DNA of 24,000 nt from Pyrodictium occultum (GTDB lineage: Archaea > Thermoproteota > Thermoprotei_A > Sulfolobales > Pyrodictiaceae), in contig NZ_LNTB01000001.1 of assembly GCF_001462395.1 (NCBI RefSeq), forward strand, positions 370,587 through 394,586, given 5' to 3'. The position numbers were made by a program, and so were the translations under genes. Below the pieces are notes generated by a model. The model was not told where the DNA came from. It saw only the letters and a program-made list of their open reading frames with translations, and ran no database searches. Of this stretch, positions 6,592-15,825 are shown piece after piece. The first letter of the stretch is position 1. Each line of letters begins with the position of its first letter.

Positions 6592-7747
6592 CTAGATGCC
6601 GCGCTTTGCCAGCGTCTCCTGGAGGACTGTGAGGCCCTGGCCGAGCTTCACGTTGACTCCGAGCGCTTTGAGCGTCCTCTCCAGGGCCGCTACTGTCGCC
6701 GCTAGCTCCGGGCAGCCTACCTGGCCCATGTGCCCTATCCTGAATACCCTGCCCTTAAGCTCCTCGAGGCCTCCGGCCACCTCGACTCCACGGGTTCTCA
6801 TCTCCCTATAGAAGCTGGGCCAGTCCACGCCTTCGGGCAGGTAGGCGGCTGTAAGGTATCGGCTCTGAAGCCCTCCTCCGCGACGAGGCTGACTCCCAGG
6901 GACTCCAGGACGGCTCTAACCGCCTCAGCCATGATCCTGTGCCTCCTGTACCTCTCCTCGAGGCCTTCGGAGAGTATGCTCCGGAGGAACCCCCTCAGAG
7001 CGTAGACTAGGTTGACCGCTGGGGTTATGTAGTAGTTCCTCGTAGACTCCATCTCCTTGAGGAGGCTCGGGGGTTGAAGTAGAGTCTCCACTGTCCCCTC
7101 GACTCGACCTCCCTAGTGTAGGACTCGCTGTAGGCCACCAGGCCGAGGCCCGGGGCCCCGAGGGCCTTTCTGTGACCCAGTGAAGCAGATGTCAACACCC
7201 CAGTCGTCCATCCTCACCTCCATGCCCCACGGGGGCCACTCCGTCCACAACCAGCGGCACGCCCCAGCTCCTCGCAGTCCTGGCCAGCTCCCTGACCGGG
7301 TTGGCGACGCTCGTCGAGGTCTCAACGTGCTGCAGCGCGACTGCCGCGGCGTCTCTATTCTTCTCCGGCAGCCTATCCAGCTCAGCGGCTGTGAAGCCCC
7401 TGCCCAGCCCAACTTGAGCGGTGGCGGCCTCGCCGCCCAGGGCCTTAACACTCTTCTCAAGGTAGTCCCCGAAGAAGCCAGCCTTCAGCACCAGCACCTT
7501 TGACCCCGGCCTGACGACGCTTCTCAGGGCCAGCTCCATGGCGCTGGTCCCGCTGCCTGGCAGTATAACGACCGCCGCGGGTGTCAAAGACTTCCTTCAG
7601 CATCTTCACAGCCTCGCTGTGAACCTCGTCGAACTCCGGCGATGCATGGTTAACCGTAGGCCTAGCCATTGCTAGCAATGTCTCAAAGTCCACAGGGGTG
7701 GGGCCGGGGTCATTAGCAGGAGCCTTCCATGGGGCAAGGAGGAACAC
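6592..7747 (-). pseudogene. Class V (AGXT/serine-pyruvate type) PLP aminotransferase, disrupted by five frameshifts
   Basis: The family-typical sequence is recoverable only by hopping frames: PANDPGPTPV...HASPEFDEVHSEAVKMLKEVFDT | PAAVVILPGSGTSAMELA...VPLVVDGVA | GMEVRMDDWGVDICFTGSQK | ALGAPGLGLVAYSESYTREVESRGQWRLYFNP | SLLKEMESTRNYYITPAVNLVYALRG...AEEGFRADT | LTAAYLPEGVDWPSFYREMRTRGVEVAGG...RVFRIGHMG... Confidence 0.85.
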
Positions 7748-7920
7748 CGGTTATTACTCCAAGGCCCTTATTCGAGTGTTTAAAGCTGAGCGGTCACGAC
7801 GCTATTAACCGGCGCCGGGCAACTCCCCCGCGGGCTCGGCTGGGCCCGGCATGCTGGGCGCTGTAGGGGCCCGGGAACCCGGGGATAGCCTCCCGGCCTG
7901 GTAGTACTCCGGGGGCGAGG

Positions 7921-10251
7921 TTAGTCCCAGCCGAGAATCCTGGAAGCCGCCACAAGCACCTGGCCCGCCGCTATCCCCCCGTCGCCCGGGGGTAGGCGGT
8001 GGGGGAGCCTCGCCTCGAGCCCGTGGTCCTTCAGCGCCTCGCGCACCCCCTGGACTATCAGCGTGTTCACCGCGGCGCCGCCGGAGATGTAGACGGGGCC
8101 GCTGAGCCCCCTCGCAGCCCTCGCAGCCGCCTCGCCGAGGCCCCTCCCCAGGGCCCGCTGCACCGTGGCTGCAAGGTCTGCCGGGGGGAGCCTGTCCAGG
8201 TTATCGAGCACCCATTCGAGCAGGCCGCGGGTGTCCACCACCAGCCTGCCCTCCATCTGTACTAGCCGGGGCGTGTAGCCGTGGTCCCTGCCGCCCCTCG
8301 CAGCCGCCTCAAGCCTCATCGCCGGCTCCCCCTCGTAGCCCCTATGCCACGCCACCCCCAGCAGGGCTGCGAGGGCGTCTAGGGTGCGGCCGGTGCTCGT
8401 TGCCAGGGGGGCCTTGCCCGCGGCGGCCAGCCGGTAGCTCACCCTCGCCTCCAGCTCGCCGTGGGGAAGCTTGTCGCGGGATAGGAGGCCGCGGCGGCGG
8501 AGTATTTCCAGTACCTCCTCCTCGCCGAGGCCCGAGGCCTGCATGAGCCCCACGAGGGCCTTGACCGGCCACTCGGCTGCCGCGTCTCCCCCGGGGAGCC
8601 TGAAGGGGTGGAGGCTGGCGGCGCGGGTGAAGCCGGCGTAGCTGGCCACGAGCACCTCGCCGCCCCAGACCGTGCCGTCGGTGCCGTAGCCGGTGCCGTC
8701 GATTGTTATAGCCACCCTCTTCTCGCCCGGCGGCACCCTGTCCTCCAGCATAGCAGCTGCCGCGTGGGCGTGGTGGTGCTGGACCTCCACCAGCTCCGCC
8801 CCGTACTCCTCGGCCAGCCTCGCCGCGAGCGGCCTGTTGTGGTAGCCGGGGTGCATATCCACCGCCACGGCTCTCGGCCTGAGCGAGTAGACCTCTATGA
8901 ACCAGCGCAGCTCCTTCTCCAGCTCCTCCACCTGCCCGGGCTCGTCCATGTCCCCTATATACTGGGTCGGCACTATCTTGTCCTCGAACGCCACCGCTCC
9001 AGCCGTCTGCAGCTCAGCCCCCACAGCCACCATGTCGGGGAGCTGCTCGGGAGAGTAGAGCCAGGTGGGGGCGTAGCCCCTGGCCCTCCGGAGGAAGACG
9101 AGCTCCCCCTCGGTGTAGCGGAGCACGCTGTCGTCGACGCGGTGCACTATCTCCCTGTCATGCGCCACCACGTAGTCAGCTATCCCCCTCAGGTGGGTGA
9201 AGACGCACTCCAGCGTAGTGCACATGGGGTACCCGGACTTGTTGCCGCTGGTCATTATCAGGAAGCCGTCACGGACGCTCTCGAGGAGCAGGGCCTGGAA
9301 CCCCGTGTAGGGGAGCATCACCCCTACCGTGTCCAGCCCAGGCGCTACCAGGGGGGAGACGGGGGAGCCAGGGCGCCGCGGGAGGAGGAGTATGGGCCTC
9401 TCAGCCGACTCCAGCACACTGCAGGCGCCGGGCGGGGGCTCAGCTATCTTCTCCACCACGCTGCAGTCCCTCGCCATGAGGGCGAAGGGCTTGGTGGGCC
9501 TCCTCTTCCTCCTACGCAGCTCCTCCACCACGTCGTCCCGGCTAGCGAGGGCTGCCAGGTGGAAGCCTCCAACACCCTTCACCGCGAGTATATAGCCCTC
9601 CTCTATCTTCTCCGCCGCCCACTCGACCGGGTCCTCGACGGGGAGCCTCCTCCCGTCCATCGTGTAGACATAGGTCCTGGGGCCACAGCGGGGGCAGCTG
9701 ATCCCCTGGGCGTGGAACCTCCTTATGTTGCCGGGGTCCTCGTAGTCCCTCCTGCAATCCCTGCAGAGCGAGTACTTCCTCATAGAGGTGTTCTCCCGGT
9801 CATAGGGCACGGTGTACATCATTGAGAACCTGGGGCCGCACCAGGCACAGCTATTCCAGTAGTAGCGGTAGAACCTGGTGGATGGGTCGTGGACCTCCTT
9901 CAGGCAGTCCCTGCATATGCCGAAGTCGGGGGGTATCATGCTTCTCTTGCTCTTCCTCTTCTCGCTCCTCTTTATGGTGAAGCCCTTGAAGCCCTGGGGC
10001 CTCACCTCTTCTATCTCGAGCTCCTCTATCCTGGCGGGCGGCGGCCTCTCGAGATAGAGGCCCTCTATGAAGCCTGCGAGCCGGGAGGGGCTGCCCTCAA
10101 CATGTATCTCGACCTCGCTGCCGCCGAGGTTAACCACGTAGCCGGAGACGCCGCGGGAGATGGCGAGCCTGTAGACAAAGGGCCGGAAGCCAACTCCCTG
10201 AACTATTCCGGTGACGCGCAGCCGCAGCGCCCTCCGAGGAGGCTCGTGCAA
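7921..10251 (-). CDS. hypF: Carbamoyltransferase HypF ([NiFe]-hydrogenase maturation)
   Basis: 776 aa. It has an N-terminal acylphosphatase motif (VTGIVQGVGFRPFVYRLA) and two paired CxxC zinc fingers (CRDCLKE...CAWCGPRF, CRDCRRD...CPRCGPR). YrdC-like and Kae1-like C-terminal regions follow. Confidence 0.96.
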   Translation of the reverse strand: MHEPPRRALRLRVTGIVQGVGFRPFVYRLAISRGVSGYVVNLGGSEVEIHVEGSPSRLAGFIEGLYLERPPPARIEELEIEEVRPQGFKGFTIKRSEKRKSKRSMIPPDFGICRDCLKEVHDPSTRFYRYYWNSCAWCGPRFSMMYTVPYDRENTSMRKYSLCRDCRRDYEDPGNIRRFHAQGISCPRCGPRTYVYTMDGRRLPVEDPVEWAAEKIEEGYILAVKGVGGFHLAALASRDDVVEELRRRKRRPTKPFALMARDCSVVEKIAEPPPGACSVLESAERPILLLPRRPGSPVSPLVAPGLDTVGVMLPYTGFQALLLESVRDGFLIMTSGNKSGYPMCTTLECVFTHLRGIADYVVAHDREIVHRVDDSVLRYTEGELVFLRRARGYAPTWLYSPEQLPDMVAVGAELQTAGAVAFEDKIVPTQYIGDMDEPGQVEELEKELRWFIEVYSLRPRAVAVDMHPGYHNRPLAARLAEEYGAELVEVQHHHAHAAAAMLEDRVPPGEKRVAITIDGTGYGTDGTVWGGEVLVASYAGFTRAASLHPFRLPGGDAAAEWPVKALVGLMQASGLGEEEVLEILRRRGLLSRDKLPHGELEARVSYRLAAAGKAPLATSTGRTLDALAALLGVAWHRGYEGEPAMRLEAAARGGRDHGYTPRLVQMEGRLVVDTRGLLEWVLDNLDRLPPADLAATVQRALGRGLGEAAARAARGLSGPVYISGGAAVNTLIVQGVREALKDHGLEARLPHRLPPGDGGIAAGQVLVAASRILGWD

Positions 10252-10326
10252 GGCCTATTGGCACCTTCCACTGGAGCCGGAGCGGCTGCGAGAGGGGAAG
10301 AGGAGGAGGTGGGGCAGAGGCTCTGC

Positions 10327-11388
10327 CTAGCATATGCGGGGCACTATCTCGCCGCTGGGGGGCTCGAGTATCCTCACGCCGCCCGCCATGCTCTTCAGGA
10401 GCACCCTGCCAGCGTGCCTGGGGTCCTTGGGCTCGTATACCTGACCCACTATGGCGGCGTCCCTGAAGCCAAGGCTGTGGATGTACTCTAGTATCTCCTG
10501 GGCCTTGGAGGGCTCCACCGCCAGCACCGCTACGCCCTCGCTGGCGAGGCTGAAGGGATCTACCCCGAGCATCTCAGCGTACTCGCGTACCTGCGGCCTC
10601 ACGGGCACCTTCTCCTCCTCAAACACTATCACCGTCTTTGTCTTCTCCGCCCAGTCGTTGAGGAGCATTGAGAGCCCTCCCCGGGTGGGGTCGCCGGCGC
10701 CATGTATGCTCTCGCGGTGCTTCTCCAGCAGGGGGAGCATGAGCCTGGTTAGGGGCTTCACGTCGCTCTCAACCTTCATCTCGGCGCCTATAGCCTGCTG
10801 GGCTGCCAGTATCGCCGCCCCGTGGTCGCCGAGGTAGCCGGAGACAATTATCTTATCGCCAGGCCGTACCTCGGTGTCGACGATGGGCCTGCCCTCGACC
10901 AGGCCTATGCCCATAGAGGCTATCACTACGCCGTCCAGCTGGCCCTTCGGCATAACCTTGAAGTCCCCGCCTATCAGCGCCACACCCTCCTCCTTTAGCG
11001 TGTTTATGAAGCTGTCCATGATCTTCTTGAAGTCCTCTACGGGGAAGCCCTCCTCCACGACAACGCCGTCGAGGACCGCGAGGGGCCTAGCACCCACCAT
11101 GAGGAGGTCGTTTATGGTGCCCGAGGCGGCTAGCCTACCTAGATCACCGCCGGGGAAGAAGAGGGGCTTAACAGTGTAGGTGTCCACGGTCACCGCTATG
11201 TAGCGGTTCTCGCCGACGGGTATGAGGGCGGCGTCGTCGAGTATGTCGAGCCCCGTCCCTCCCTTAACCTTCCACAGCTCGGGCGGCACACTCTGGACTA
11301 TGAGGTTCCTGACCAGCTCCTCGGTCTCCTTCCCGCCTGCACCGTGCGCCAGGGTTATATATTTCCAGAGCCTGATGTACCAGGTCAT
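10327..11388 (-). CDS. hypE: Hydrogenase maturation protein HypE (carbamoyl dehydratase)
   Basis: 353 aa, PurM-like fold signature ITLAHGAGGKE, invariant C-terminal PRIC. Confidence 0.96.
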   Translation of the reverse strand: MTWYIRLWKYITLAHGAGGKETEELVRNLIVQSVPPELWKVKGGTGLDILDDAALIPVGENRYIAVTVDTYTVKPLFFPGGDLGRLAASGTINDLLMVGARPLAVLDGVVVEEGFPVEDFKKIMDSFINTLKEEGVALIGGDFKVMPKGQLDGVVIASMGIGLVEGRPIVDTEVRPGDKIIVSGYLGDHGAAILAAQQAIGAEMKVESDVKPLTRLMLPLLEKHRESIHGAGDPTRGGLSMLLNDWAEKTKTVIVFEEEKVPVRPQVREYAEMLGVDPFSLASEGVAVLAVEPSKAQEILEYIHSLGFRDAAIVGQVYEPKDPRHAGRVLLKSMAGGVRILEPPSGEIVPRIC

Positions 11389-11408
11389 CCCTGGCCGGCC
11401 CCGCGGGG

Positions 11409-11690
11409 CTACTGCTTCTCCACCATCTCCTCTACCTGGAAGAGGCGCTCCAGCTCGTCGGCCTTGCGCTCCAGGTCGGATATGAAAGCTTCTATCACCC
11501 GCATCATCTCCCTAGCGCGGTCCTCGTCCAGTCGCTCGATCGCCACGCCCGCATGCACTATCACTATGTCGCCGGGCTTGAAGCCCTCGAGCGCGCCGGC
11601 ATCTATCTCGCGGAGGACGCCGTCGCCGAAGTCGACCACGGCTATGTTACCCTTTACCTCCTTCACCTCTGCGGGTATGCCCAGGCACAT
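11409..11690 (-). CDS. hypC: Hydrogenase assembly chaperone HypC/HupF
   Basis: 93 aa starting MCLGIPAEV, which includes the essential Cys2. Confidence 0.95.
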   Translation of the reverse strand: MCLGIPAEVKEVKGNIAVVDFGDGVLREIDAGALEGFKPGDIVIVHAGVAIERLDEDRAREMMRVIEAFISDLERKADELERLFQVEEMVEKQ

Positions 11691-11732
11691 GGGAAGGGTG
11701 AACCCCGGGGATCTATGCGTGGCGGCACGGGG

Positions 11733-11748
11733 CTTTATAGCTTTATAC
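11733..11748 (-). promoter_or_regulatory. Tandem TATA boxes upstream of hypC (candidate internal promoter)
   Basis: The minus strand reads GTATAAAG-CTATAAAG, a direct octamer duplication, 43-58 nt upstream of the hypC ATG. It lies inside the 110-nt hypD-hypC spacer. Confidence 0.45.
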
Positions 11749-11800
11749 TATACACCGCGAGGCCATGAGCAAAGGCGCAACCCGGAGAAACATCGTGGAG

Positions 11801-13000
11801 CTAGGCTATGCCTAGGCTGCGGGCTATCTCCTCGGCTAGCCCGCCGCCGCCGCCGAACCGGGCCCAGACGGCGCATGCGCCCTCGCTGCTCACCATGCAG
11901 GGGCCGTAGGGGGTGCCGGGAGTGCAGACTTTCATGAAGAGCGGGCAGTCGGTGGGCTTCGCTATTCCGAGCGTTACCTCGGCGCAGCGGCAGCCCGGCG
12001 GCAGGTCATACTTCCACTCCTCGGGGGTCAGCTCTTTTATCCCGTACTCGTGGAACGCGTCGACGTGGCGATACTTGTCGCGGAAGGCTAGCCCGCTCTT
12101 GGGCACGAAGCCTATGCCGCGCCACGCGGCGTCCACGACCTCGCAGCACTCATCTATCAGCTTCTGGGCTCTTTTATTACCCTCCCACTTAACAGCCCTG
12201 CTGTACTCGTTCACGAGCCGCGGCCTGCCCTCTATGTGCTGCCTCAAGATCTCCAGCACCGCCAGGAGAACGTCTATCGGCTCGAAGCCGGCTACCACGG
12301 TGGGGATCCCGTACTCCTCGACGACGAATTTCCAGGCCTTAGCGCCTACTATGGTCGAGACGTGGCCCGGTGCTATGACGCCCCTGATGGGGTTATCGCG
12401 GTGGGTGGCGAACGTGTACCTCATTATCGGGGGTGTGAGCCGGTGCACATTGAGTATCTTGAGGTTCTCCGGCACCATACCGGCCACGACGGGGCTCGCG
12501 GTGGCGGGCGCGGTGGTCTCGAAGCCTACTGCTAGGAAGAGGCTGGGCTTCCGATCCCTACGGGCCATCCTTACCGCGTCGAGCACACTGTATACCACTA
12601 CGACGTCGCCACCGGCGGCGCGGGCCTCCTCTAGGCTCCTTATGTCGTGGCCGCGGCGGCCGGAGCCGGGGAGCTTGTAGGCGTCCCCATAGGTGTAGAC
12701 CCTTATCCCCTCAAGGCTGAGCTTTATGGCGACGTCCACGTAGTAGGCTGGCGTTATGCAGACGGGGCAGCCGGGGCCGGCTACGAGCTCCACCTCCGGG
12801 GGCATGAGGCTTCTTATACCGTAGTGGGTTATGGTGTACTCGTGGGTACCGCAGAAGTCCATTATCTTTATCGGGGTCTGCCCGACGCGCTTAGCCGCCA
12901 GCGGGGCGAGCTTGTGGATCTTCTCCACGATCTTGCGGGCCAGATCCTGGCTACGGAGCCTCTGCTCAAGCACCTGCAGCAGGCGCTGCTGCGCCTCCAA
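11801..13000 (-). CDS. hypD: Hydrogenase maturation protein HypD
   Basis: 399 aa, TTG start. Motifs: IMDFCGTHEY, GPGCPVC, GFETTAP, and the C-terminal cysteine cluster CRCAEV...CPLF...CTP...PYGPCMVSSEGAC. Confidence 0.96.
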   Translation of the reverse strand: MEAQQRLLQVLEQRLRSQDLARKIVEKIHKLAPLAAKRVGQTPIKIMDFCGTHEYTITHYGIRSLMPPEVELVAGPGCPVCITPAYYVDVAIKLSLEGIRVYTYGDAYKLPGSGRRGHDIRSLEEARAAGGDVVVVYSVLDAVRMARRDRKPSLFLAVGFETTAPATASPVVAGMVPENLKILNVHRLTPPIMRYTFATHRDNPIRGVIAPGHVSTIVGAKAWKFVVEEYGIPTVVAGFEPIDVLLAVLEILRQHIEGRPRLVNEYSRAVKWEGNKRAQKLIDECCEVVDAAWRGIGFVPKSGLAFRDKYRHVDAFHEYGIKELTPEEWKYDLPPGCRCAEVTLGIAKPTDCPLFMKVCTPGTPYGPCMVSSEGACAVWARFGGGGGLAEEIARSLGIA

Positions 13001-13203
13001 GCTCTCAGAGCACCGTCATCCTCCACCATTGGGGCTGCTTAAGTAGCTTCTGACGTGTAGGACTATCGTAAACCAAGACGCTTAGTAGATGCCCTCCCCC
13101 GCGTATAGGAGGCGTAAACCCCGAGCCCATCCAGGGAGGGGCCTAGGCCGTGGAGGAGGGGGGCTGTATTGGGTACGGGGGCGTTCTGGTATGCGAGGGT
13201 GAG

Positions 13204-14016
13204 ATGGCGGTAAACACTGTAGTAGTCCCGGGCGCCCTGGCGGTGGATCCCTCGCTGCCCCTCGAGCCCGTCAGGGCGGTGCTGCTTACCCATGGTCATG
13301 CCGACCACTTCCGCTACGCGGGCGCCCTCCGGGAGAGGGGTGCCAGGGTCTATGCGCCGCGGCACTGCCTCCCCCTAGTCGAGAACCCGTCGATAAACTA
13401 CATGGCTACCATGGGCTGGGCCGCTGGCTTCGAGGAGAACTACATAACACCCTACTTCGTCGGAAGGGGCGTCCGTGTGGACGAGCCCGTGGAGCCCGGG
13501 CGCGCCGTGTCCGGGGAAGCCCTCGTCGATGCGCTCCACGCGCCGGGGCACACGCCAGGCCACCTGGTGTACATCATAGAGGCTGGCGGCGTGAGGCTCC
13601 TCGCCGCCGGGGACACGGTGTACGGCGGGGAGTACTTGAAGGGCAACCCGGTGCTCTACCACACCGACACGCTCTCCTGGATGAGGACACTGGGTATGCT
13701 GGAGAGGCTCGACTTCGACATACTGGTGCCGGGCCACGGGGCCCCGGTCGAGAGGAGGGAGGCGCGGAGGCTCATAGACCTCAACCGGGGGAAGATAGAG
13801 GAGATGCTCCGCCTCGCCGAGTCCGCGCTGGACGATGAGCCGGCGGCGGGCGACGAGGTGATAGAGAGGCTTTTCGAGGCCACCGGGCTGGCCAGGAGCA
13901 GGAGGGCCTACTCGGTATACATGCCGAGTGTGAGGGCTCTACTGAACGCCCTCACCGCGCTGGGCAGGGCGAGGAGGGTGGTGGAGAACGGGGTGCCGAA
14001 GTGGCTTAGGAGGTAG
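13204..14016 (+). CDS. MBL-fold metallo-hydrolase
   Basis: Motifs LLTHGHADH (HxHxDH), HAPGHTPGH, AAGDT, VPGHG. I prefer the ATG at 13204, preceded by GAGGGTGAG, over the track start at 13150, whose extra 18 residues are low-complexity. Confidence 0.8.
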   Translation: MAVNTVVVPGALAVDPSLPLEPVRAVLLTHGHADHFRYAGALRERGARVYAPRHCLPLVENPSINYMATMGWAAGFEENYITPYFVGRGVRVDEPVEPGRAVSGEALVDALHAPGHTPGHLVYIIEAGGVRLLAAGDTVYGGEYLKGNPVLYHTDTLSWMRTLGMLERLDFDILVPGHGAPVERREARRLIDLNRGKIEEMLRLAESALDDEPAAGDEVIERLFEATGLARSRRAYSVYMPSVRALLNALTALGRARRVVENGVPKWLRR

Positions 14017-14109
14017 CCGGGGCCGGCGGCAGGGATACAACCCCCTCGGGGCCTCCTCAGCACTCTCAGCCGCCGCGGCCCCGCTAAGACGGCTGGAGGG
14101 TGCAGAGGG

Positions 14110-14787
14110 ATGGACTCAGTGGCCCGGGAGCAGGGGGTACGAGGCCTGGTGCTGAGGACCCTGGCGCTCACCCCCAGCGGGGCGCTCAGCCCGGGACCCC
14201 TCTCCGCCAGCGCGGTGGCGGTGGGCGCCCTCCTCGGCCCCCTGGGCGGCGTGCTCGTGGCACTCGGCCACATGCTGTTCGAGCTGCCCTACGTGGCGCT
14301 TCTGGTCAAGTGGGCCGAGAGGTTCGAGGGGGTGCTCCGCCGGCTCGAGAAGCCCCTAGATGTGGCCGTGGCGGCCTTCATAGCCTACTTCGCCTACGGG
14401 CTCTTCCAGAGCGCTGCGGCGGCCCTCCACGGGGCCGGCATGGAGGGAGCCGGGGTTGCCGTGGGGGGCGGGGCCCTCGGGGCCATCGCCACCGGGCTGG
14501 CGCTGACCGGGCTCAACCCCTACTTCCTAGCCTGGTGGGTCACGGTGGCGCTGCCCCTGGTCCGGGGCGCAGCCGCCCACGGCGCCAAGGGGTTCGCCGC
14601 GATGTACCTCGGCCACGTCTGGATGGACTACGCGTGGCTGGCCCTCCTGGCGGCCGCCGGGGCCGGGCTCTCGAGGATGACGGGGCTCTACGCCGCCCTC
14701 CTGGCCGGGCTAGGCGTGCTGCTCCTGGCCTTCGCCGCCGACATGCTCGCGAGGAGCCTGGCTGGGAGGCGCCTACTACCCTTCTAG
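14110..14787 (+). CDS. LysE/RhtB-like membrane protein (putative small-molecule exporter)
   Basis: 225 aa, about 6 hydrophobic helices. It has an N-terminal SPGPL motif and a mid-protein GLNPYFLAWW motif, as in LysE-type translocators. GGAGGGTG lies upstream of the ATG. Confidence 0.55.
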   Translation: MDSVAREQGVRGLVLRTLALTPSGALSPGPLSASAVAVGALLGPLGGVLVALGHMLFELPYVALLVKWAERFEGVLRRLEKPLDVAVAAFIAYFAYGLFQSAAAALHGAGMEGAGVAVGGGALGAIATGLALTGLNPYFLAWWVTVALPLVRGAAAHGAKGFAAMYLGHVWMDYAWLALLAAAGAGLSRMTGLYAALLAGLGVLLLAFAADMLARSLAGRRLLPF

Positions 14788-14824
14788 ACCCGGGGGGCCT
14801 AGGCTCCGCGGGGGCGCGTCGGGG

Positions 14825-15223
14825 ATGCTGGACCCTAGGAGGGAGGCGCGGAGGCTCACGATCCAGCTGGAGAACTTCATCAGGGTGCTGAGGAGAATTC
14901 CGGGTCTCGAGAAGCCGAGCGCCAAGACCATGAGGGGTGTGATAGCCGATTTCCTGAAGTATATGAGCGACCTAGCGGTTTACGCGCAGCGCCTGGGCGT
15001 AGGCAGTGAGAGCCTCTACGCGCTCATGGCCCGGTGCAGCAAGCTCCTCACCGAGGTGGGGTGGGCCATAGGCACCCTCGACGCGGCCGCAGCGCTGCAG
15101 GAGATAGACACTGCTAGGGCAGTCAGGAGCCTCGCCGAGAGGCTCGTCTCCGACCCCTGCATGGGGGAGCTCGAGGAGGAGCTCCGGAAGATAAGGATGA
15201 TGGTTGAGGGAGGAGAGGGCTAG
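14825..15223 (+). CDS. Hypothetical protein (132 aa, helical)
   Basis: ORF with protein-like composition and no recognisable motif. Its stop overlaps the pdxT stop. Confidence 0.4.
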   Translation: MLDPRREARRLTIQLENFIRVLRRIPGLEKPSAKTMRGVIADFLKYMSDLAVYAQRLGVGSESLYALMARCSKLLTEVGWAIGTLDAAAALQEIDTARAVRSLAERLVSDPCMGELEEELRKIRMMVEGGEG

Positions 15224-15238
15224 CGCTTAACCCTCTCC
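15212..15238. terminator. Inverted repeat spanning the overlapping stops of two convergent genes
   Basis: GGAGAGGG (15212-15219), an 11-nt loop, then CCCTCTCC (15231-15238). The loop starts with CTAG (15220-15223), which holds both stop codons. Confidence 0.3.
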
Positions 15239-15822
15239 ATGAAGTAGCGGTGGAGCCTCGTATCGCCGGTCAGCTCCGGGTGGAAGGCTAGGGCCAGCTT
15301 CCCGTCCTCCTCTGCAGCCACGGCAACCCCGTCTAGCTCCGCGAGCTTCTGGGTCCTGCCCCAGAGCCTGGTTATCGCGGGGGCTCGGATGAAGACGCCG
15401 CGGAACGGCTTCCCGCCTATCGCGGGTATCCTCAAGTCCACCTCGAAGCTCTCCCTCTGCCTCCCGAAGTAGTTCCTCACCACCTCGATATCCATGACCG
15501 CTAGGAGGGGCTGCTTGGTCTCGCCTACCACGCGGTCGCGGACGCTCTTGGCCAGGAGCGCTGCGCCGGCGCAGGTGCCCATGGCGGGGAGCCCGGAGGC
15601 TAGGAGGTCGCGTAGCTCTTCTAGGAGGCCTAAGCGGCGGGCCACCACGCCTATCGTGGTGCTCTCCCCGCCGGGTATTATCACGGCGTCCACGCCGCGC
15701 AGGTCGCTCGGCTTCCTGACGAACACCGGCTCTATGCTCCAGCCTGTCTCGCCTGCAAGCTTGCGGAGCATGTAGTGGTGTTCGTAGAAGCCGCCCTGGA
15801 GGGCTATTATCCCGATCTTCAA
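15220..15822 (-). CDS. pdxT: Pyridoxal 5'-phosphate synthase glutaminase subunit PdxT
   Basis: 200 aa. MKIGIIALQGG, GTCAG nucleophile motif, HPE near the C-terminus. It starts 4 nt after pdxS ends. Confidence 0.93.
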   Translation of the reverse strand: MKIGIIALQGGFYEHHYMLRKLAGETGWSIEPVFVRKPSDLRGVDAVIIPGGESTTIGVVARRLGLLEELRDLLASGLPAMGTCAGAALLAKSVRDRVVGETKQPLLAVMDIEVVRNYFGRQRESFEVDLRIPAIGGKPFRGVFIRAPAITRLWGRTQKLAELDGVAVAAEEDGKLALAFHPELTGDTRLHRYFMERVKR

Positions 15823-15825
15823 GGG

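Noticed and set aside
8608-9825. 405-aa plus-strand ORF
   Set aside because: It is entirely antisense to hypF. Its composition is H/P/R/G/V-rich low complexity, typical of stop-free antisense frames in GC-rich DNA. HypF motifs on the other strand explain the region.
13063-13365. 100-aa minus-strand ORF between hypD and the MBL hydrolase
   Set aside because: It overlaps the well-supported MBL gene start region in antisense, has no motif, and is low-complexity.
14100-14891. 263-aa R/G/P-rich plus-strand ORF
   Set aside because: It is an alternative frame of the LysE-like membrane gene. Its extreme Arg/Gly/Pro bias marks an out-of-frame read. The same reasoning applies to 5124-5804, 11913-12680, 2334-2813, 13375-13737, 17266-17622, 17944-18480 and 23304-23675.
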